Assembly (NCBI GenBank): GCA_050613775.1
Contig: JBODTK010000120.1
Location: forward strand, 372,001 to 436,000
Length of the DNA: 64,000 nucleotides
Direction: 5' to 3'
Source: Neocallimastix sp. 'constans'
Lineage: Eukaryota
Shown in pieces: positions 37,641-52,262 of the stretch. The notes under the pieces are model-generated. The model ran no database searches and had not been told where the DNA came from. It saw nothing but the letters and a program-made list of their open reading frames with translations. Both the position numbers and the translations under genes were made by a program. Each line of letters opens with the position of its first letter. The first letter of the stretch is position 1.

Positions 37641-39729
37641 GATATAATGAAAAAAAAAAAATGAAGATGAAGATTATGACAAAGTTCATAATACTTTTTA
37701 AGTGAAATTTTTAAAGAACTTTTAGAAAGTGAAGATATACCATCTAAAAAAATTCAAAAAGAGATGAATATAGTAATTATGGAAAAAATGTAAATTTATA
37801 TGCACCATGTTTCTGTTAATGCCTATAATGGAGATATAAAGGAATAAATTAAGAAGGTTTTGAATAAAATACTAATAAGTTTAAAATTATTATTATTATT
37901 ATTATCATTATTATCATCATTATAAATTATCATTGTTTTATTTTTATTTTTATTTTTATTTTATAATAGTTATTTAGAATTCCCTTTTAAATCTTATATC
38001 ATGGAGGTGAGGCCTGTTTCCTATGAACTTTTTTCTGAATTTATTTATACACCTTATTTTGAATATCACTTTTACATTACTATTTAAAATATTATTATTT
38101 TCAAATTGCACAAATTATATTTATTTTTTTTTAATCGAATTTTTTTTTTAAAATAAAAAAATATTCATGTAATTAGTAAATTAATAAATAAAGTTTAAAG
38201 TTCGTAATAATTGCGGCTGTAAAATATATATATATATGTAGTCATTTGAGTTATTTGCCACCATTTCACTATCTTTTAAGATGTTAAAAAAAATAAGATT
38301 AAAATACAACTAAAAAGAGTAAAAAAAAGATAAAATTTATAATTATTTTTTCCTATTATAATTCTGAATTTTTAGCTGATTCAAGGTATCCAATTAGAAA
38401 TTGCAGCTTATTTTATTTTATTATTTTTTTTTAAAAAAAAAAAAAGTAAAAAAAGTTTTATATTTTTTTTATAGACTGAAGACTTTTGTCTCCCCCATAT
38501 GTTAATATGAGTGTATGATTAACTGCCATACCAGTACGGCGACGGCGCTCTAAACTCCAAATAAATAAATAAATAAAAATATAAATACATATAGTAAAAA
38601 TAAAAATATAAATACATATAGTAAAAATAAAAATATAAATACATATAGTAAAAATAAAAATATAAATACATATATATTTAAATATAAATAAAATTGAATA
38701 TATAATTATATAAATAGTTGTATAACATAATTTTTTTATATTTTATTTTTTTTTTTATTTGTTTATATTTTAGTTTTTACTTATGTGATTGTTTTTGTTT
38801 TAAAAAACCAAAAATAATATTAACAAAATGATAACAAAAGCTTATAAATAAAGAAATAAAAACCCCATATTAAAAAAATAATTTAAAATATTCATAAAAT
38901 GAATAATAAGAAAAAAAATTATATAAATAAAAAAATTTTTTTATTTTCCTTATTTTAAAATATTATTTACTGAATAATAACATTTTATTCATAATAAATA
39001 AATAAATGTATAAAATAATAATAATAAATATTATTTTAAAAACATTGGTATTTAAATTTAGTTTTTATTTAATTTTTATTTTTAATTATTATATAAATTA
39101 TCAATACTTATTTGTTTCTTGTTTAAAATGTATTTTAAACTATTATATTATATATTTCGTTGTATGAAAAAATAATTATTTTTATTTTTTTTTTTTAAAA
39201 TAAAGAAAATAAAAAAGAACAAAATATTGAAAGGAAAATTTTTTTGTTTTATAATACTATTATAAAAAAAAAACTAAACTTTTTTTTTAAAAAAAAAAAA
39301 TAAATAAAATTAAATAAAATACTTTAAGTATTTATTTTAATATTTAAAAAAATATTTTAAAATTAAATTCAAAAAAAAAAAAATAGTCATGTAAGAGTCA
39401 ATATAAAACAATGTGTGAAATGAAATGAAATCAATGATTCTTTGAAGCTTTATTTTAATTTTTATACTATAATTTTCATAATAATTTAAGTTTATAATAT
39501 TAATTTAATATAATATACTATATTAATATTATGTGAGAATAATATAATACAATCATAATTTATAAATAAATAGTAATATATAAAAATAATATAAATTATT
39601 TAATATAAAATAATATAAAATAAACTTTAAATACATTATTAAACTACATTAGTTTCATTTCATACATTTGGTATACATTTTGTTTGTTTACATTTTCATA
39701 AAATTTATATAATTTTATAATAATTCTTT

Positions 39730-39928
<199 letters not shown>

Positions 39929-40382
39929 TTTAGATATTTATTTAAGAAAAAAAAAAGCTTAAATTTAATATCGATTTTTTTTTTTTTTATTTTGATCTAA
40001 TTATTAAAATTCAATTAAAACGAGAAGCAAAAAACATAAAACAAAAAACAAAACAAAAACCAAAAAAAAAAAATAATCAATACCTGTAACCTTGAAATCT
40101 CCTTTTGGGTTTTATTTGTTATAAAAAAAATATAAATATAAAAAAAATAATAAATAAAATAAGAACAAAAATAATCAAGAATAAATAATAAATTAATGAG
40201 GATGTTTTTTTTTTTTTTTTTTTTTTTTTCTGGCTATGAAACTTTATAGTTAAATAAATAATAATATATATATATATACAATTCGTTATTTAATTATTTA
40301 TCTTAGTTAGGTATAATAGTTTATTTTTTTTTAAAAAAATAAGAAAAAATATTATTTAGATTTTCTAAATCTTTTTTTTTTC

Positions 40383-40415
<33 letters not shown>

Positions 40416-40726
40416 TTTATTTTATTTTATTTTCTTTAAAAGACTGTTTCATGTTCAATATATATATATATATATTTTTTTTTTTAAGTAATTAAGTATT
40501 AATAATTTAAATATTTAAAAATAAGTAATACTTATTATATAACTTTAAAAAAAATTAAGATTTTAAACTAGTTTTTTTATTTTAACTAATTATACTTTTA
40601 TTTTAGGTAATATTTATTGAATTGTTGATTTAATAAAAATTGCATTTTTTTTTATCATATATACACTAAAAAAAAAACCTTTTATGTATTAAAATCATTA
40701 ATATTTAATATTGAATACTTTCTTAT

Positions 40727-40826
40727 TTACCAATTTTACATTACCGATTTTACATTACCAATTTTACATTACCGATTTTACATTACCAATATTTCATTAC
40801 CAATTTTACTTTACCAAATTTTACTA
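40727..40826. repeat. 14-bp tandem repeat TTACC(A/G)ATTTTACA, about 7 copies
   Basis: Direct reading; the first copies alternate A/G. Confidence 0.85.
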
Positions 40827-42518
40827 TTAAATTTTTGTACTATTTTTACATAAAAATTATGTATATATTAAAATTAATTATAATATAAATATAAATTAAT
40901 TATAATATTAATTATATAATATTAATTATTAACCATTAAAATGTATTTATAAATATAAAATATTAAAATTGTAAACTAAAATTAATAAATTAATTTATAT
41001 TTAATGATTGAACTTTATATTATGGCGTATAATTAATTATTTGTATATAAATACAGTCATTAATAATAAAAAATTATTAATGACATGAAAATATTATATT
41101 ATATAATATTTAAAATCATATGGTTTTTAGCATATATTTATACAAAAACTATACCATTTTACATTTATTAATTAAGGCTCTAGAAATTGTATATATATAA
41201 ACAATAGGGTTTTATGCTATATATATGCTAAAAACTATACTGTTTATTAACAATCTGGAGCCTGTATAAATCAGCGTATTATTAAAAAAAAAAAAAAGTC
41301 TTTTGCTTCAAATAAATAATGTAAGTAAATAATAAAACATTGATATTTCTAACATTATTAAAAAAAATAATTAATGAGAATGTTGCATTTTCCGGTGTTG
41401 GATTTAGAAAATGAAGCTTTAATTGAATTATAGTTTTTTTTTTTTTTGTTTTTGTATAAATGCGTATTATACATTGTATATAATAAATAATTAAATAGTA
41501 AATAATAAATAATAAATAATAAATAATAAATAATAAATAATAAATAATAAATAATAAATAATAAATAATAAATAATAAATAATAAATAATAAATTATAAA
41601 TAATAAATAATAAATATTAAATATTAAAAATAAATAAAAAAAAATTATAAGAAATATTACTAATATAATATAATATAATATAATATAATATAATATATTA
41701 ATTCCTTATAGATTGAATAATAATGTATTATTTAATTAAATCCAAATTTTTTTTAAAGGTTGTGAAAAGTAAAAAAAAAATGTACAAATACAATTTGTAC
41801 ATTTTTCCATAATGATTGATGGAAATTGTCTTTTAATTTTACGTTTTATTTCTTTAGAAGTTAATATTTTATATATTATATTTTATATATTATATATAAA
41901 ATATTATTATACATTATAATAAAATATGAAATAATAATATTATATATAAAATAATAATTAAATAATGGACACTGAATAAAAAAAAATTTTTTTTTTTAAT
42001 TTAATTATCATAAAGTTTAATAATTATAAAATTTTTTAACATAATAATAATAATTTTCTGTAAAAAATTTTGGTATGTCTTAATCCGTTTTCCAAGAATG
42101 ATGATTTCCAGTTTAAATTCAAAATTTGGTTTAATTTAATTATTTAATTGGACCACTTTATTATTATGTCATTCATCCTATGATTTTTTTTTTTAATTAT
42201 TATATTTTTCTTATATATGTAATTATTCTTTGATTCTTTTTTTTTTTTATTATTATTAATAATTTTTATTTATTTATAATGTATTATCTATATATTATAT
42301 TATACACTATATAGATAACATAGATAATATTTTTATGAGTATTAAAATATAATTCAATAAAGATAAAAAAAAAAAAATAGAGACTAAAAAATATATAAAT
42401 AGCTTGTTTTATTCATATTTATTTATTTTCTGAAAAATATGAAAACTTCAATATATATATAAATAATTATATTTATAAACATAATAAATAATTAAATAAT
42501 TAAATATTGTTAATAAAA

Positions 42519-44171
42519 ATGAAATTCTTTAAAAAACGTGATAAAAGTGATATAGAAGAGTTATTTTCAGCTATTAAACAAAAAAATGTTAAAAAAGTAG
42601 AATACATATTAAAAAATTCAAATAGAAAGAATGAAATATTAAATTTGAATATAAAAAATGAAAATGGTTATTATCTAATTGAAAGAGCTGTTAAGTATGA
42701 CAGTATTGAAATAGTTAATTTATTAATTGGATATGCTAATCAACATCATATACTTTTGGATTTAAACGAAAGAAATAATTGTGGAAATTACCCACTTTTA
42801 AAAGCTGTTAAAAATAGAAATTATTTAATGGTTGATTTATTAATTGATTATTCAAATGAACATCAGATTACTTTGAAAATGAATAATAAAGATAATGATA
42901 ATTTTTACCCCCTTTTAAGTGCTTCATCTAATTATTGTGGAAATCTTTATTATAATTCTCCAATTTTTGAATTACTAATAAGCTATGCTACTCAGCATCA
43001 TATTATTTTGGAATTAAATGAACAAGATGAATGGAGAGAGAATTTTCCACTTTTATCTATTATTTCTTTTGTAGACAATATTGATATGATTGAATTGTTG
43101 ATAGAATATGCTAATGAGCATCATGTTATTTTAGATTTGAATAAACAAGATAAAAAAAGAAAATATCCCCTCCTAAAGGCTATTCAGAAAAATAATAATG
43201 TTGATGTAGTTAAATTATTAATACAATATGCTAATCAACATCATATTATTTTGGAATTGAATAAAAATGATAAATATGGAGATTATCCACTTTTAGTTGC
43301 TATTAAGAATGATAACAGTACTGAAATAGTTAAATTATTAATAGAATATGCTAATCAACATAATATTACTTTGGAATTGAATAGAAAAAATCATTCTGGT
43401 AAGTATCCACTTGCAAGAGCTATTAAGTATAATAATACTGAAATAGTTAAATTATTAATGGAATACTCCAATCAGAATCATATTAGTTTGGAATTAAATA
43501 ATAAGGATAATGATAGATATTATCCACTTACAAGAGCAATTAAAAACAAAAATGAAGATATTGTTAAATTATTAATTGAATATGCAAAACAACACCAAAT
43601 CTTCTTGAAATATAATAAGTTTTATATAAAGAGGAATTCAGAGATTTCCATTTTAATACAAAATTATGAAAACGGATATGAAGAAATGATAATGGTACAT
43701 AAAATAAACATTTATTATATTAATAAATTTATATATATAATGAATAAATAAATAAATTACTATTAAATAAATTATTTTTTGAAGATATCTATAAAAGTTA
43801 TTATTGTAACTATTATTATTATATTAATTTTTTTATATTATTTTTAATAATATAAAATAACAATAAATATAAAAAAAAAAAGAATGAAATTGAAAGAACG
43901 GCGAGTAGAGAAAATTTGGAAAGGGAAATAACTGAAATAGAAAACTCAAAAAATGAAAGTTTAGAGAATTCCAAAAATGAAATAGAATTAGATAGATTAT
44001 TATGTAGTAAGTATTTCATATTAAAATAAATTTAAATAATATTTATAATCTAAATGATATAAAAAAATAAAAGAAATAATAATTTAATAAATTTTGATTT
44101 TTTTTAAAAAACTAAATTTCTATTTGAATTTTATTATATCCATATTAGAAGAAAGAGTTCTAAGAAAGTAA

Positions 44172-44210
<39 letters not shown>

Positions 44211-46041
44211 ATACATAGAGTAATTATAAATGTTGCTAATAAGATAATTTATATATTATATAATTATTAAAATCATTTCAATAGCGGAATTACACCAGAG
44301 TATTTAATTAGCTTTGAAGAGAGAGTTAATCAGTTAAGATCATTATATGAAATGAGTATTATAGATATAAGATTAGATCTTGATATAAATAGAAATAATT
44401 TATTTGAAGATGCATATTATGGTATTATGTATAAGTCACCGGAACGATTGAAAAGACAGATAATAATTAATTATATAGGAGAAGAAGGTTTAGATTATGG
44501 AGGCTTATTAAAGTAATTTTTTCAATTAAATATAAATCAAATCAGAGATTATAAATAAATGTTTAAAAATTTATATTATATCAATATACATTCATATTAA
44601 TTAATATATTTTTTTATTATTTTAACTATTAATTATTTTTATAAATATTTTTTTAAATAAAAATATCAAATTATTTATCTTTTTAATATTTTAACTTGTT
44701 TTTATCAATACATTACTATTTAATTATTTCATAATTTATTTTTATTTATTTATTTATTTATTTACAATATATATTTTAATTTTCATTTCTAGGGACTTTT
44801 TCTATCAAATATCTAAAGTAATTGGAAATCCAAATTATTCTCTTTTCAAATATTCTAATAACGATTCGTATGAATTAGAGATTAATCCATATTCTAGTGA
44901 AGTTTATCTTAATTATCTTGATTACTATAAATTTATTGGTAGAATTATTGGATTAGCCATTTTTAATAAGCTACATCTTCCTATACCTTTTACTTTACTA
45001 TTCTATAAAAGATTACTTAATAAATCAGTTGAATCTTCTGATTTAGAATATTATGATCCTCAAATGTTTAAAAATTTACAATTTTTAAAGTATGAGTAAT
45101 TAATAATTTTAATAATAATAATAAAAATATTATTATCATTTATGAATTAAATTTTTATTAAAGAAAATAATTATTACTAATAATTGTTAAATATTAATAT
45201 TAAAATAAAATGATTTTTAGAAATGTACATGAAGTCGAAAATTTAAATTTAACATTCTCAAAAGATGTTAAGGACTGTTTTGGTAATCGTAAAACTATAG
45301 AATTGAAGCCAGATGGTGCTAAGATTAATGTCACTGATTCCAATAAGGATGAATATATTAAGTAATTAATTATTTAAAAATTATTACTACTATTGAATTA
45401 AAAAAGAAAAAAATTATAATATATTTTATTTTATTGATGTAATTTTATAAAATTTTAATTATTAATATTATTATTGTTGTTATTGTTGTTACTGTTAATA
45501 TTTAAAATTTAAAAATTTAAGTTTAATGATTCAAAACAAGTTAAATGGTTCGAATGATAAGAACCAATTTGATGCTTTAAAACAAGGATTTTATGACATT
45601 ATTCCTCAAAATATTAATTCGATATTAGATGAAATTGATTTAAAGGTAAATTAAAATTATTTCTTAATAAAAATTTAATTAATAATAATAAAATAAACTA
45701 TTAAAACAAAAAGAATTAAAAAAATTTTTTTACATTAAAATTATATATATATATTTTTTTCTTTTTTATTAATTTATAATCAAAGTATTTAGTTTTTGGA
45801 ACTAATATAATTGATGTAGATGATTGGGAGAATAATACAGATTATGATGGATATGAAAAGAATGATGAAACTATTATTAATTTTTGGAAGGTAATAATAG
45901 CTAATATTAATAAATTAATAGTTTTTTATTTATTTATTTATTTATTTATTTATATTGGATAAAAAAAATAATTATTTTAAAAAACTAATAAAAAAGTATA
46001 ATATATAATTTATTATTAAATTAATAAAAAATATTTATATA

Positions 46042-46076
<35 letters not shown>

Positions 46077-46610
46077 TTTTATAAAAACAAATTATATATA
46101 CATAAAACACAGTGTGTTAGAGAATTTAGTAATGAAGATCGTATAAAATTGCTTGTTTTTGCTACTGGCAATTCACAAGTTCCAGTGACTGGTTTTAAAG
46201 ATTTACAAAATAGTGATGGAATTCAACATTTTAAACTTAAGAAAACTGGTGAAGAAGAAGATTTACCAACAAGTCATACATGGTACATAATATATATTTC
46301 TATAAATTTCATATATTTATTTATTTTTATTTTTTTTTTTAAACTGTAAATTGTTATTATATATTATTACAGTAATTTTATTTATATAATTTTTAATTGA
46401 AAAAATAAAATTAATTATCATTTCAATTCATTAAAAAATATTTATTAACTATTTTTTAAATTAAACATAATTTTTTGATATATTTATTTCTTCTCAAATT
46501 TAATTAGCTTTAATCGTATTGACTTACCTCCATATACTTCATATACTAAAATGAGGCAAAAATTATTACTTTCTATTTCCGAAGGAGTAGGAAGTTTTAT
46601 AATGGCATAA
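42519..46610 (+). CDS. Ankyrin-repeat plus HECT E3 ubiquitin ligase, 10 exons (42519-43694, 43883-44006, 44149-44167, 44285-44512, 44793-45089, 45221-45362, 45522-45645, 45786-45890, 46113-46282, 46508-46610)
   Basis: Exon 1 encodes ~42-aa ankyrin-like repeats. Phase-consistent GT-AG joins give HECT motifs RNNLFEDAY, GEEGLDYGG, FIGRIIGLAIF, LLVFATG..QVPVTGF and LPTSHT-C-FNRIDLPPY, with the catalytic Cys codon split by the last intron. Confidence 0.88.
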
Positions 46611-47349
46611 TGATAATTACAATTTTGATAAATTTATTAAATGAAAATGGATTATAAATTTATTATAAAGTAGAAGCAAAAATTATAAACGTTTTTTTTT
46701 TATTAAGCTAAATTAAAAATGTTTATATAGAAATATTAATATTCAATTAAAATTTCAATTCTACATTTAAATTAAATCCTTTTTTTTTTTTTATTTTCGC
46801 CTCTAAATAACATTCACATTTTCATGATAAAAAAAATGTCAAGCATCAATTAAATGTGTTAATTACATTTATTCTATAATAATATAAATAATTATATACT
46901 AAAAATAATATTGAAGATTAATTACTTATCAATTGTTAAAACTAAATATTATACATACATATAGAATTTTTTATCTTTTTATTACTCAATTTTGATATAT
47001 TTTATGAATTTATATTATATATTCACAAAAATTATTTACTATTTTTATAATTATCATTATATATATATATATTGTTATATAACCATTATATATTTATTAT
47101 TGTTTATATATTTATATTTTTTATTTTGTTTTATATTTTCTTTGTTTCTTTAAAAAAAATTTTTAAATATTCCTATAGACTTTTAGTGAAATAGTAAAAT
47201 ATATATATAGTAAAAAAAAAAAAAAAAAAAAAAAAATCAGAAAATGTAGAAAAATTAAATAAATATATAAATAAATAAATAAATTGGAAATCATCTCCAT
47301 TTTCTTCTATAACTATACATTATGTTTATTTTAATTTTTAATATTTTAA

Positions 47350-47427
<78 letters not shown>

Positions 47428-50078
47428 TTCTATTTTCGTTTCATATGTAAAACTTTTTTTTTTTTTTTTTAGATTTTATTTATTTTTTCTTCAGATGTAT
47501 TTAATTCAATAAATAAATAAAATAAATATATATATATATATACATATAATATAAATAATTCTCTAATTTGTTGGACTTTTAATATTCCACCAATTCACAA
47601 ATGATAATTTAGAATATGGATATAAACTCTCAGTAATTATAGTTTCCTTTTGGGGTGTTAGATGTTCCTTAGGAAACATCTACATCACTAGTAAAAGAAA
47701 AAGGTAAAGATTCAAAAGACAAAGCGAAAAATGATTTTGCTAGTTGTCTAAAGAACTATTAAACTGTCAAAATTTCAGTATAACCCTTTTTTATAATGAA
47801 TTTATATGTTTATGGGATGTATTTGAACATAATGATCTTCTGGACTTTAACGCAATAGTAAAAGAAACTTCTTATTATAGCTAATGAAGCAGGTGATAAA
47901 ATTCAAGCAAGAATATTAATTACTAAAGATCTACAAGGTTCAGCATTCCATTGCCCTATTTACATTAAGAAATTATCATGACAAGCATTTATTTTGTAAA
48001 AAGATTAAAAGTTTTAAAACTTAGAAGTGATTTATTTAATCTTCAAGTATTTCGTCATCTCTACAAAAAGAATACAGGGTTCTTTGGAGGGATTATATAG
48101 ATAATTATATAGGTATTTAATATATTTATTTATAATAATTTAATAAAGAAGTTAAACATCATTGCTTTATGGCTATTTAATATTTATTATTCAATGAACC
48201 ATATACTTATATTTGTATATTGACTAATTATTTTCAATAATTAAATTCATATTTCATCACTATAATAATAATTATTTCTTTAATGTACTAAATTAATGTA
48301 GTATTAATGTAATTAATGTAATACAATTATAATGTAATTAGTAGGTAACACATAATACAAAGTTATATAATTTTGTAATGATTAATATAAAAGTTATAGT
48401 ATAGAAAAATATAGACAGGGCTTCTTAAAGAGGGATCTGGCAAGTGCTTCTAGTGAAGGTTACTTACCTCTTGCTTTTGTATGGCATTATGATTTATATT
48501 ATAATTTGTTAGGCCTTTTGTCTTGATATTTTCGAAAAGAATAGAGTTTTTATAAATAAACTTTTTAGTTTTATTATTAGATAAAAAATATGTTAAATAA
48601 AAAATAAACAAAAGTTATAGAGATTTTTTCTATGTAAATTAAATCCGTATCAATGAATTATATAAGTAATAAGTTTTCATTAATATATACAAAATATATG
48701 AAGTTTTAACATAAAAATAAAAATATATATTTGTATATATAAATCTTTTTTTGAAATGAATATAAGATTTTGTTAGGAGCCTAGCAAATAGTACATTTGT
48801 TGAGATATCGTTTTTATATTTAAGGAATTTTTTTTTCAAAGATATAAATGTATTCTTTTAGAATATATTTTTTCAATATTTTTTTTATTAATTATAAATT
48901 TAAAATAATATAATATTTTATTATTGTATAAATGTTTATTTTTATTTATAATATATAATAATTAATAAATAAATATTAAATAAATATATATAAATAATTA
49001 TCAAAATTTTTTTTAAAAAAACAAAAACAAAAAAAAAAACAAAAACAAAAAAAAAAAAAAAATAAATAAAAAAAAGAAGTATAAATATTATATTTTTAAT
49101 GAAAGGAAAAATTAGTTCCAGTTAGTAATATAAATCAAAATTATAAATTATATATATATATATATTATTTTTATTTTTATTTCTAGAATTAAAATTGAAT
49201 TAATAATTATTATTATTATTAACTTTTAAACTTATCTTTTATTTTACTTTTTTTCCCCATTAATAATATATGTTGTTTTGTTGAAGAAAATATAAATAAA
49301 AAAGAAAATACTTTACAGAAAACAATATTATATAAATAAAGAAAAAACAAATGATAGCAATATCTCATATTTTTTATATATATAAACTTGAATAGGAATA
49401 TAATAGATACCCTTATTATTTAATTATTTATTATTTATTATTTATTCAATTTTTTATTATTTATTATTTAATTATTTATTATTTGATTATTTATTATTTC
49501 TATATTCATTTATTTCTTTTTTTTTTTTTTTTTTAGTAGTATTTCCATTTTAAAAATATAATAAATTAAAATAAAAATTTTTAATTTTTTAATTTCTATG
49601 GGTTTATAAATTAATTGGAAAATATTTCATAAAAAAAAAAAAAAAAGACGTAATGTAATTTTTTTTGAATTTAAATGAAATCTATTTATTAAAAAAAAAA
49701 ATAATATAAATAAATGAAAAAAATTCTAATAAAAATTAATTTTTTTAAAATAATAAAAAATATATATATATTTTATAATTAATATTTTTACGGACATAAT
49801 ATTTAATTTATGTCACATACAAAAATAAAAATAAAAATAAAAAAAATCAGAAAAAAAAATAAAATAAAAAAAAGAGAAAAATAAAAATAAAATAAAAAAA
49901 AAAAAAAGGAAAAATCTAGAAAATAATAATAAAAAAATATATTTTTTTTATAATTAACACGATTTTATATAGAAAGTGGTTTATATATATATATATTAAA
50001 TATATTTTAAAATCAAATAAATTATAAAAAAAAAAAAAAATTTTTTCTTTTTTGTTATATTTCTTTTAAAATTTAAAA

Positions 50079-52262
50079 ATGAATACTCAAGAATATTACC
50101 ATGACTTAAAAAAAAAATTTATTATTTTAAATCGTATTAATAAAAAATCAAATATTGGCTTACAAATTAATTCACTTATAAAAGCTATTGATACAGAAGA
50201 TATTGAAAAAATAACTACCTTCATAAATAATAATAATTTCCATAATAATATAAATTATAGAAATTCAAGTAAAAGAGATATTGTATTTGAAATTTTTTAT
50301 AAAAAATTACTAACTTCAGAGAGATTAAAATTTATTATTAAAAATTGTCATAATTCTTTATATATATCCTCCTTTTTAATAAAAGAATTAATAAAAGATA
50401 ATAATGATGAACTCTTAAAAATTATTTATGATAATTTTAAATTTTATGACAATAGTTTTATTAAATGGTTACTTGTTCATTATGCAAATCAAGCAGCAAT
50501 TTCTACTTCGGATTTAAATAAGAAAATTTCTAATAAGAAATATAAAATTTCAAAACTTGATAAACTTTACTACAGACCTAAAGATCAATATTTACTTAAG
50601 ACATGTCATGATAATAATGAATATTTAGTCAAATATTTAGTAGTCCATGGAGCTGATGTGAATAGAGAAGATATATATGCTAAAACACCATTATTTTACG
50701 CTTGTGAAAATGGATGTGAACATATTGCAAAATATTTAATTGAACATGGAGCTGATATAAATAAAGAAAGCAATTCAAGGGATACTCCGTTAATCTCTGC
50801 ATTTAAGGGTAAGAATTTAAACATTATAAACTATTTAATTGAATTGGGTGTCGATATAAATACAGTAGATCTTATTGGAAATACTCCATTATTTTATGCG
50901 TGTCAAAATGGATACCAAAAAATAGTAAAATGCTTAATTGAAAAAGGAGTCGATATCAATAAAGAAAATTATTCAAAGGATACCCCATTAATTTATGCCT
51001 GTAAAAATGGAAATGAAATTATATCAAAGTACCTAATTGAACACGGGGCAGAAATCAATAAAGAGAATAATAAAAATGATACACCATTAATTTATGCTTC
51101 TAAAAATGGAAATGAAGTTTTGGTTAAATATTTAATTGAACATGGAGCCACGGTAAATAAAAAAAATTTATATGAATTTACTCCATTATATTATGCCTGT
51201 AAAAATAAAAATGTCGATATGATGGTGGATTTAATTGAACATGGTGCATATATAAATAAAGAAGAAAGTTCATACGATCCATTATTATTTGCTTGTCAAC
51301 AGGGGAGTAAACGTTTAATAAAATTATTAATTAAACATGGAGCAGATATAAATCAAGAAGATTATTCTAAGAATACACCATTAATTTATGCATGTTTAAA
51401 TGACGATGAAACCCTCGCTAAATATTTAGTTGAACATGGCGCAGATATCAATAAAGAAAATAATGTGAAGAATACCCCTTTAATTTATGCTTGTCAGAAT
51501 GGAAATGAAGCTCTCGCTAAATATTTAATAGAGCGTGGTGCCGATATCAATAAAAAAAATCTTTATGGATATACCCCATTAATCTATGCCTGCTTTGATA
51601 AAAATAAAAATATGGTGAAATTTTTAATTAAGCATGGTGCAATTGTAAATAATGAAGAATATTTAAGTGATAGATTATTTTTTGCATGTCAACATGGAAC
51701 TAAAAATTTAATACAACTATTAATTAAAGATAAAAGAGATATAAATAAAGAACGTCTTTATGGTGATACTCTATTAATTTACGCATGTAAAAGTGGGAAT
51801 GAAATTAATGCTAAATATTTAATTGAACTTGGAGCCCATATAAATCAAGAAAATTATTTTGGTATGACCCCACTATTTTACGCCTGCCAAAATGGAAATG
51901 AAAATATTGTTAGATATTTAATTAAACATGGAGCGCATATAGATAAAGAAAATTGTTTTGGCAGGACCCCATTGTTTTATGCCTGCCAAAACGGAAATGA
52001 AAATATTGTAAAGTGTTTAATTGATTTTGGAGCCAATATCAATCAAGAAGATAATTATGGTACAACACCAATATTTTATGCATTTGAAAATGGAAATGAA
52101 AATATTATATATTATTTGATTAAACTTGGAGCAAATTTAAATAAAGAAAATAATTATGGTAATACTCCAATAAGTTATGCCTTATCGAGTAAAAATAAAA
52201 ATATTATAAAGAATTTAATTGATCTAAAAATAACAATAATAAAAAGAATAGCTATATCATAA
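50079..52262 (+). CDS. Single-exon ankyrin-repeat protein (about 16 repeats, 727 aa)
   Basis: Repeated TPLxYACxNGNxxxxKYLIEHGADIN motif after a ~170-aa non-repeat N-terminus. Confidence 0.93.
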   Translation: MNTQEYYHDLKKKFIILNRINKKSNIGLQINSLIKAIDTEDIEKITTFINNNNFHNNINYRNSSKRDIVFEIFYKKLLTSERLKFIIKNCHNSLYISSFLIKELIKDNNDELLKIIYDNFKFYDNSFIKWLLVHYANQAAISTSDLNKKISNKKYKISKLDKLYYRPKDQYLLKTCHDNNEYLVKYLVVHGADVNREDIYAKTPLFYACENGCEHIAKYLIEHGADINKESNSRDTPLISAFKGKNLNIINYLIELGVDINTVDLIGNTPLFYACQNGYQKIVKCLIEKGVDINKENYSKDTPLIYACKNGNEIISKYLIEHGAEINKENNKNDTPLIYASKNGNEVLVKYLIEHGATVNKKNLYEFTPLYYACKNKNVDMMVDLIEHGAYINKEESSYDPLLFACQQGSKRLIKLLIKHGADINQEDYSKNTPLIYACLNDDETLAKYLVEHGADINKENNVKNTPLIYACQNGNEALAKYLIERGADINKKNLYGYTPLIYACFDKNKNMVKFLIKHGAIVNNEEYLSDRLFFACQHGTKNLIQLLIKDKRDINKERLYGDTLLIYACKSGNEINAKYLIELGAHINQENYFGMTPLFYACQNGNENIVRYLIKHGAHIDKENCFGRTPLFYACQNGNENIVKCLIDFGANINQEDNYGTTPIFYAFENGNENIIYYLIKLGANLNKENNYGNTPISYALSSKNKNIIKNLIDLKITIIKRIAIS

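Noticed and set aside
42507..43751. Stand-alone 414-aa ankyrin gene and separate 91-aa gene at 46074-46349
   Set aside because: Both are exons read into introns of one ANK-HECT gene with consistent splice phases.
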